Assembly: GCA_040767195.1 (NCBI GenBank)
Contig: JAXGPA010000004.1
Location: 1 to 64,000 of the forward strand
Length of the DNA: 64,000 nucleotides
Direction: 5' to 3'
From: Syntrophales bacterium
Lineage (GTDB): Bacteria > Desulfobacterota > Syntrophia > Syntrophales > UBA6807
Under the pieces are notes generated by a model that was not told the origin of the DNA, did no database searches, and saw only the letters and a program-made list of their open reading frames with translations. The translations under genes were made by a program, and so were the position numbers. Positions 59,407 through 64,000 of this stretch are shown piece by piece; the stretch's first letter is position 1; each line of letters begins with the position of its first letter.

Positions 59407-59924
59407 AATTCTCAAAAAAAGGGGACCAGGGAGAAACGAGCCTTCTCGGCGGTCAGCGGATCCCGAAATACGACCTGAGGCCCGAAACCTACGGGACTCT
59501 CGACGAGGCCAGTTCCGTTCTCGGCGTCGCCCGGGCGATGACAGACCGTGAGGAGATCGGCGCCATTCTCCTGTCGGTTCAGAAAGATCTCCTGGTCCTG
59601 GGGGCGGAGCTCTCGGCTCTTCCCGACGTTTACGGGAAGCTCACCCGGACCATTACCGACGAAGACATCGCCCGCCTGGAAAAATGGATCGACGAGCTTC
59701 AGGAAGACGTTCCCCTGAAAAACGAATTCATCTACCCCGGCGGGACCGTTGTCTCGTCCCAGATCGACGTGGGCCGGACGGTTGTCCGGCGGGCCGAAAG
59801 GTGGGCCGCCCGGATGAAGAGCGAGGGCATGATCCCCAACGAGCGGATCAACCGGTACCTGAACCGCCTGGCGGATATGCTTTTCACCCTCGCCCGGTAC
59901 GAAGAGGGGAAGGCCGGCCGGTAA
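59403..59924 (+). CDS. pduO: PduO-type ATP:cob(I)alamin adenosyltransferase
   Basis: KKGDQGETSL, YGTLDEASS, QKDL, FIYPGG, RTVVRRAER, YLNRLAD, LAR. Confidence 0.9.
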   Translation: MKFSKKGDQGETSLLGGQRIPKYDLRPETYGTLDEASSVLGVARAMTDREEIGAILLSVQKDLLVLGAELSALPDVYGKLTRTITDEDIARLEKWIDELQEDVPLKNEFIYPGGTVVSSQIDVGRTVVRRAERWAARMKSEGMIPNERINRYLNRLADMLFTLARYEEGKAGR

Positions 59925-59927
59925 CCC

Positions 59928-60365
59928 TTACCGGAAAGCCCCGAGCTGGCAGCGGGACAGCCTGATTCCCAGAGTCTCGCAGGCCGAGGCCACGGCCATC
60001 CGCGAAACACGGAGCCGCCTGGCGATCTCCCAGGCGGAAGCGCAGGGAAGCCTCCCGTCGACGAGGGAAGCCTCGACGGCCTCCGTCATCCTCGGGGAAA
60101 CCTCGGCGGCCGGTTCCACGAGCCTCTTTCCCGTTTCGTAGCCGAACAGGCCTAGCTGGCACTTCTCGAGGGAAATCTCCTCAAAATCGATGGCCGCCCC
60201 GACCTGGTCAGGGGACATCCCCGTCTTCGCCGCTACCCGAAAGGCGCCGGCGCACGAAATTCTGTTTTCCCGGGCGATCTTCCTCACTTCCACGATGAGG
60301 GCCGGCGGAAGGCTCTTCTCCGGGGGGTGCTTTTTCCTGTAGTGCCCCTTGTCTTCGCGGGTCAT
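59928..60365 (-). CDS. hypothetical protein with a duplicated C...CQLGxF domain
   Basis: Two units: ISCAGAF...KCQLGLF and LPCASAW...RCQLGAF. Confidence 0.75.
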   Translation of the reverse strand: MTREDKGHYRKKHPPEKSLPPALIVEVRKIARENRISCAGAFRVAAKTGMSPDQVGAAIDFEEISLEKCQLGLFGYETGKRLVEPAAEVSPRMTEAVEASLVDGRLPCASAWEIARRLRVSRMAVASACETLGIRLSRCQLGAFR

Positions 60366-60375
60366 GGCTCTCCTC

Positions 60376-60831
60376 TCAATACTTCATGTAGTGGAAGGGC
60401 TCAACCGCCGACAGGGCCTCGGCGCTCAGCGTTTCGAACCCCCCCTTTTTGAGGACGTCCTGGGTTTTTTCCATCTGGTCCACGTCGACGACGAAAACGG
60501 CCCGTTTCCAGCTCTCCAGGACGAACCCGTAAGCATTTTCCACGTTGATCCCCTCCCTCGCCAGAAGCTGGATCAGCTTGTCGAGGCCCCCGGGTCGGTC
60601 ATCGATGAGAACGGCCACGACCTCCTTGAGGCTCACCGTCAGGCCTTCCTTCTCAAGGGCCCGAAGGGCGCCCCGGGGATCATCCACGAGGAGGTTCACC
60701 ACCCCGAAAGCATCGGACGTGGCGATGGTGATGGCCCGGATGTTGATCTTCTCCCGGGCCAGGATTCCCGTGACCTTGGCGATTCGCCCCGGCTTGTTTT
60801 CGGCGAAGACGGACAGCTGATAGGCGATCAT
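60376..60831 (-). CDS. ACT-domain protein (PaaK-associated)
   Basis: QLSVFAENKPGR, INIRA, DRPGGL, GINVENAY. Confidence 0.9.
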   Translation of the reverse strand: MIAYQLSVFAENKPGRIAKVTGILAREKINIRAITIATSDAFGVVNLLVDDPRGALRALEKEGLTVSLKEVVAVLIDDRPGGLDKLIQLLAREGINVENAYGFVLESWKRAVFVVDVDQMEKTQDVLKKGGFETLSAEALSAVEPFHYMKY

Positions 60832-60890
60832 CTTCTTAAGACCTCCTTCCCCGGCTTGTTCTTGGAACGGCTCGTTTCAAGGCTGCCCCC

Positions 60891-62192
60891 TCAGTCGTCT
60901 TTCCGGTTGTCCAGGACCCGGACCGCCTTCCCTTCCGTTTTGGGGAGGCTGTGAGGCTCGACAAGAATCACCCTGGGCGTGATGAGAATGTCGCTTTTCA
61001 GCTCCTCCACCACTTTCCGGCGAAGGCTTTCAAGCTTTTTCAGGTCCCCCGTAAAATAATCCTTCTGGACTTCCACCTTGACGATCATGTGGTCGTTGAA
61101 GCCCTCCCTTTCCAGGATGATCTGGAAATCGGTGCCCACGCCGGGAATCTCCATGAGCTTCTTTTCGATCTGGAGGGGGAAGATGTTGACCCCCTTGATG
61201 ATCATCATGTCGTCGGTGCGGCCGGTGATCCTCTCGATCTTCCGGTGCGTTCTCCCGCAGGGGCAGGGTTCGGAAATGATCCGGGTCAGGTCTTTCGTCC
61301 GGTAGCGGATGAGCGGCATCCCCCGGCGGACCAGGGTCGTCATGACGAGCTCGCCCTCTTCACCATCGGGAACCGGTTCCAGGGTGCGCGGGTCGATGAT
61401 CTCGACGAGAAAATTGTCCTCCCAGACGTGCAGCCCCTTCTGGAAAGGGCACTCGAAAGCAACGCCGGGGCCGTTCATTTCCGAAAGCCCGTAGGAATTG
61501 AAAGCCTTGACGCCATAGAGCTCCTCGATTTTAAGGCGGGTTTTCTCCGAATGGGGCTCCGCCCCGATAAAGGCGATTTTCAGTTTCGTGTCCCCCCTCG
61601 GGTCCACGCCCATTTCCTCGAAAACGAGATACAGGTGGAGGGCGTAGCTCGGGATGATGTGAACGACCGTGGTCTCGAAATCCTGCATGAGCTGTATCTG
61701 GCGCTTGCTGTTCCCGGCACCGGCGGGAATGACCAGGGCCCCGAGCTTCTCCGCCCCGTAGTGGAAACCGAGGCCGCCCGTGAAAAGACCGTAGGTCATC
61801 ATGTTCTGAAAGACGTCGCCCTTGCGCATGCCCGTCATGTACATGGACCGCGCCAGGAGATCGGTCCACGCGGCGATGTCGTCGGCGGTGTGAAAAACCA
61901 CCGTGGCCCGCCCCGTGGTGCCCGAGGAGGAGTGCATCCTGACGAGTTCCTCCCGGGGTACGGCGATGAACCCGTAGGGCCAGTGCTCCCGAAGGTCGTC
62001 CTTCGTGGTGAAGGGAAATCTCCGGATGTCCCCGGTGGATCGGATCGCCTCCGCACCAAGCCCCGGGGATGCCCAGGAAGACCCGTAATAGGGCGAGCGG
62101 GCGGCTCTTTCCACGGTCTCGCGGAGGCGCCGGGACTGGAGGGACTCGAGATCGTCCCGGGGAATGGTTTCCAGTTCTTTCTGCCAATACAT
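60891..62192 (-). CDS. paaK: phenylacetate-CoA ligase family protein
   Basis: PFTTKDDLR, HSSSGTTG, YGLFTGGLG, GAEP, YGLSEMNGPGV, PLIRYRT, GRTDDMMIIKGVN. Confidence 0.92.
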   Translation of the reverse strand: MYWQKELETIPRDDLESLQSRRLRETVERAARSPYYGSSWASPGLGAEAIRSTGDIRRFPFTTKDDLREHWPYGFIAVPREELVRMHSSSGTTGRATVVFHTADDIAAWTDLLARSMYMTGMRKGDVFQNMMTYGLFTGGLGFHYGAEKLGALVIPAGAGNSKRQIQLMQDFETTVVHIIPSYALHLYLVFEEMGVDPRGDTKLKIAFIGAEPHSEKTRLKIEELYGVKAFNSYGLSEMNGPGVAFECPFQKGLHVWEDNFLVEIIDPRTLEPVPDGEEGELVMTTLVRRGMPLIRYRTKDLTRIISEPCPCGRTHRKIERITGRTDDMMIIKGVNIFPLQIEKKLMEIPGVGTDFQIILEREGFNDHMIVKVEVQKDYFTGDLKKLESLRRKVVEELKSDILITPRVILVEPHSLPKTEGKAVRVLDNRKDD

Positions 62193-62250
62193 GATATATC
62201 CTCCTGTCAAAAAGGCGCTTTCCGTATATACGCCAGCGGGGGAAGAATGA

Positions 62251-62481
62251 TCAAGCCAAACTTTCCTCCCACCCGCCCAGGTCCTCCGGGGCCGTGACGT
62301 CCTCCCGGCGGTCCCAGTCGGCCCAGCCCGTCCGTTTCTCGCAAACGGCCCGGGCCGCCTCCTCCTCCGTCTCGAAGGACTGGAGCCACAGGCCCCCGAC
62401 ACAGAGCTGATACAGGAAGAGATCCGCCTCGTCGGGCATGATGGAGAAGGTCCCCGCCGGGGATCGAAAAAAATAGGCCAT
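62251..62481 (-). CDS. small hypothetical protein (76 aa)
   Basis: Trp- and acid-rich ORF with GAAGG upstream; sits codirectionally before paaK. Confidence 0.6.
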   Translation of the reverse strand: MAYFFRSPAGTFSIMPDEADLFLYQLCVGGLWLQSFETEEEAARAVCEKRTGWADWDRREDVTAPEDLGGWEESLA

Positions 62482-62646
62482 GGTTATTTCACTTCCTTCT
62501 TGAGATGACAGGGGACTTTCGTGTTCCCTACGAGCTCTTCATTACTTGAATGAACGGGATAAATCAAGAAGGACGGAAAAGATCGCGGCTCTTTCAGGCG
62601 GTTTTCACCCCCGGGGAAAACATGAACGAAACGGGCTCTTTTTGCC

Positions 62647-62675
62647 TTGACAAGGATTACACACAATGCTATGTA
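62647..62675 (+). promoter_or_regulatory. putative sigma70 promoter
   Basis: TTGACA-17 nt-TATGTA with TG extension, in an AT-rich intergenic region. Confidence 0.5.
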
Positions 62676-62807
62676 ATTACAAACATTTACACTTAAGAAC
62701 CACGGCCGTAACGGCAGGCACCGCAATTTCCAGAGGATAGGGCCGGGATTATCAAGAGCCCGGCGTCAGGCAGTGAACGTCTCCGCAGCCCCGGAACAGG
62801 GTTTTTT

Positions 62808-63443
62808 ATGGCCAACATTATCACCCTTTCCCGATTTCTCCTTCTCTTCGTCCTCGTGGTCATCGCCTACCAGGCCCCGCCGGCCCTCCAGCTCCTGAAC
62901 GTTCCCCTTCTCGGTGCGATCTTCCTCATGGACGCCTTCGACGGCTACGTCGCCCGCCTCCGCAACGAGACATCCCAGTTCGGGGCGCTTTTCGACATCG
63001 CCGTGGACCGCGTCGTCGAAAACGTCCTGTGGGTGGTCATGGCCGATCTCGACCTGGTCCCCGTCTGGGTCACCATCCTGTTCATCACGAGAAGCTTTCT
63101 CGTGGACACCATCCGGAGCTACGGGGCCTCCCGGGGCCAGACACCCTTCGGAATGATGTCGTCCGGCCTCGGACGCTTCCTCGTGGCGGGGAGAACCCTC
63201 AGGTTCCTCTACGGGGCCGCCAAGGCCCTGGCCTTCGGGTATCTTCTCCTCATCTACCCGCTTCCCGCCATCGCCCCCGGTTTTTACGACACCTGGATGC
63301 GGGAAATCGAGTGGATCAAGGGTCTTCTGGTCTACACGGCGGTCGTCCTGTGCGTCCTTCGAGCCCTTCCCGTTCTCGTCGAATTCCTTCTCCGGGAAGA
63401 CGGGCCCTTCAGGCTTTCCATAAAACAAGGACCACCCCGGTAA
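62808..63443 (+). CDS. CDP-alcohol phosphatidyltransferase family protein
   Basis: ANIITLSR; DAFDGYVAR...SQFGALFDIAVD signature. Confidence 0.92.
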   Translation: MANIITLSRFLLLFVLVVIAYQAPPALQLLNVPLLGAIFLMDAFDGYVARLRNETSQFGALFDIAVDRVVENVLWVVMADLDLVPVWVTILFITRSFLVDTIRSYGASRGQTPFGMMSSGLGRFLVAGRTLRFLYGAAKALAFGYLLLIYPLPAIAPGFYDTWMREIEWIKGLLVYTAVVLCVLRALPVLVEFLLREDGPFRLSIKQGPPR

Positions 63444-63449
63444 AGCGCC

Positions 63450-64000
63450 ATGGCCCTCGTATTCATCGATCTCGACGGGACGCTCATCGAGGGGACGGGC
63501 TCGGAGCGCCTCTTCTTTCGCTTCCTCCTGAAAAAGCGGCTTCTCGGGCCCCTCCAGGCGGTTTCTTTCCTTTCATTCGCCGTACGGTATCTTCCCCGGT
63601 TCGGGGCGGACGTCTGGAAAAAAAACAAGGCCTATCTGGCCGGCCTTCAAGAGCGGGACGTCCATGAAGCGGCACGGGTCTTCGCGGGAGAACGCCTGTC
63701 GAAGTCGATCCGCCGGGAAATGAAAGAAAGGATCGCCCGGCATCGTCACGAGGGAGATGAAACCATCCTCCTCACGGGGTCGCTTCTCGCCCTGGCGCAG
63801 CCCCTGGCCCGTCACGCCGGCATCGACCGGGTCGCCGCAACCATCTGCGCCGTCGCAAACGGGCGGTTCGAGGCCCTGCCCCCTCTCGTCCACCCCTTCC
63901 AGGACGAGAAGCGGCACATCGCCGAATCGCTGTGCCGGGAAAAAGGCGTCGCCCTTCGGGAATGCGCGGCTTACGGAGACTCGATCCACGACCTGCCCCT
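63450..64000 (+). CDS. HAD-IB family hydrolase (partial, runs off the window)
   Basis: MALVFIDLDGTL, LLTGS, K, AYGDSIHDLP; open to the window end, so absent from the ORF track. Confidence 0.85.
   Translation, partial: MALVFIDLDGTLIEGTGSERLFFRFLLKKRLLGPLQAVSFLSFAVRYLPRFGADVWKKNKAYLAGLQERDVHEAARVFAGERLSKSIRREMKERIARHRHEGDETILLTGSLLALAQPLARHAGIDRVAATICAVANGRFEALPPLVHPFQDEKRHIAESLCREKGVALRECAAYGDSIHDLP

Noticed and set aside
1..64000. CRISPR arrays, transposases, prophage or recognisable anti-phage genes
   Set aside because: I found no regularly spaced repeats and no Cas, DDE, integrase or phage motifs by inspection.

Overview
This is a GC-rich, almost fully coding bacterial chromosomal window. 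Its gene content and style resemble a Syntrophales-like Desulfobacterota anaerobe (inferred). It holds tRNA-Glu, a Ski2-like helicase, mutY-rsmB, a branched-chain amino acid cluster (ilvB-ilvN twice, ilvC, ilvD), tatB-tatC-PBP1A and HDAC-gatCAB-mtnA. Further on are a nucleotide-sugar cluster (gmd, fcl, uxs, ugd, epimerase, rmlA), an AT-rich islet with an IPTL-CTERM protein, and a MarR-led acyl-CoA dehydrogenase/AAA-VWA cluster. The remainder includes proVW, a triple-PAS diguanylate cyclase, dnaJ with a CbpM/HspR-like partner, trxA-bamD, mtnP-pduO and paaK-ACT. No CRISPR array, transposase, integrase or phage gene was seen. The main finding is two tandem acetohydroxyacid synthase (ilvBN) pairs, each behind its own unannotated leader-peptide attenuator that appears to sense a single amino acid. 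One leader is Val-rich (8 Val) and is followed by two interlocking terminators; the other is Ile-rich (6 Ile). The enzyme residues fit this split. The Ile-gated pair keeps the 2-ketobutyrate-selecting Trp and carries a natural Gly-to-Asp change at the IlvH G14-equivalent valine-feedback site. The Val-gated pair has lost the Trp and keeps the Gly. Also seen: a ~125-bp palindromic-ended intergenic repeat in three copies, a sigma54 promoter with upstream inverted repeats in front of an orphan gene, and tandem Cys-rich microproteins. All functional calls come from motif recognition by eye; no searches were run.
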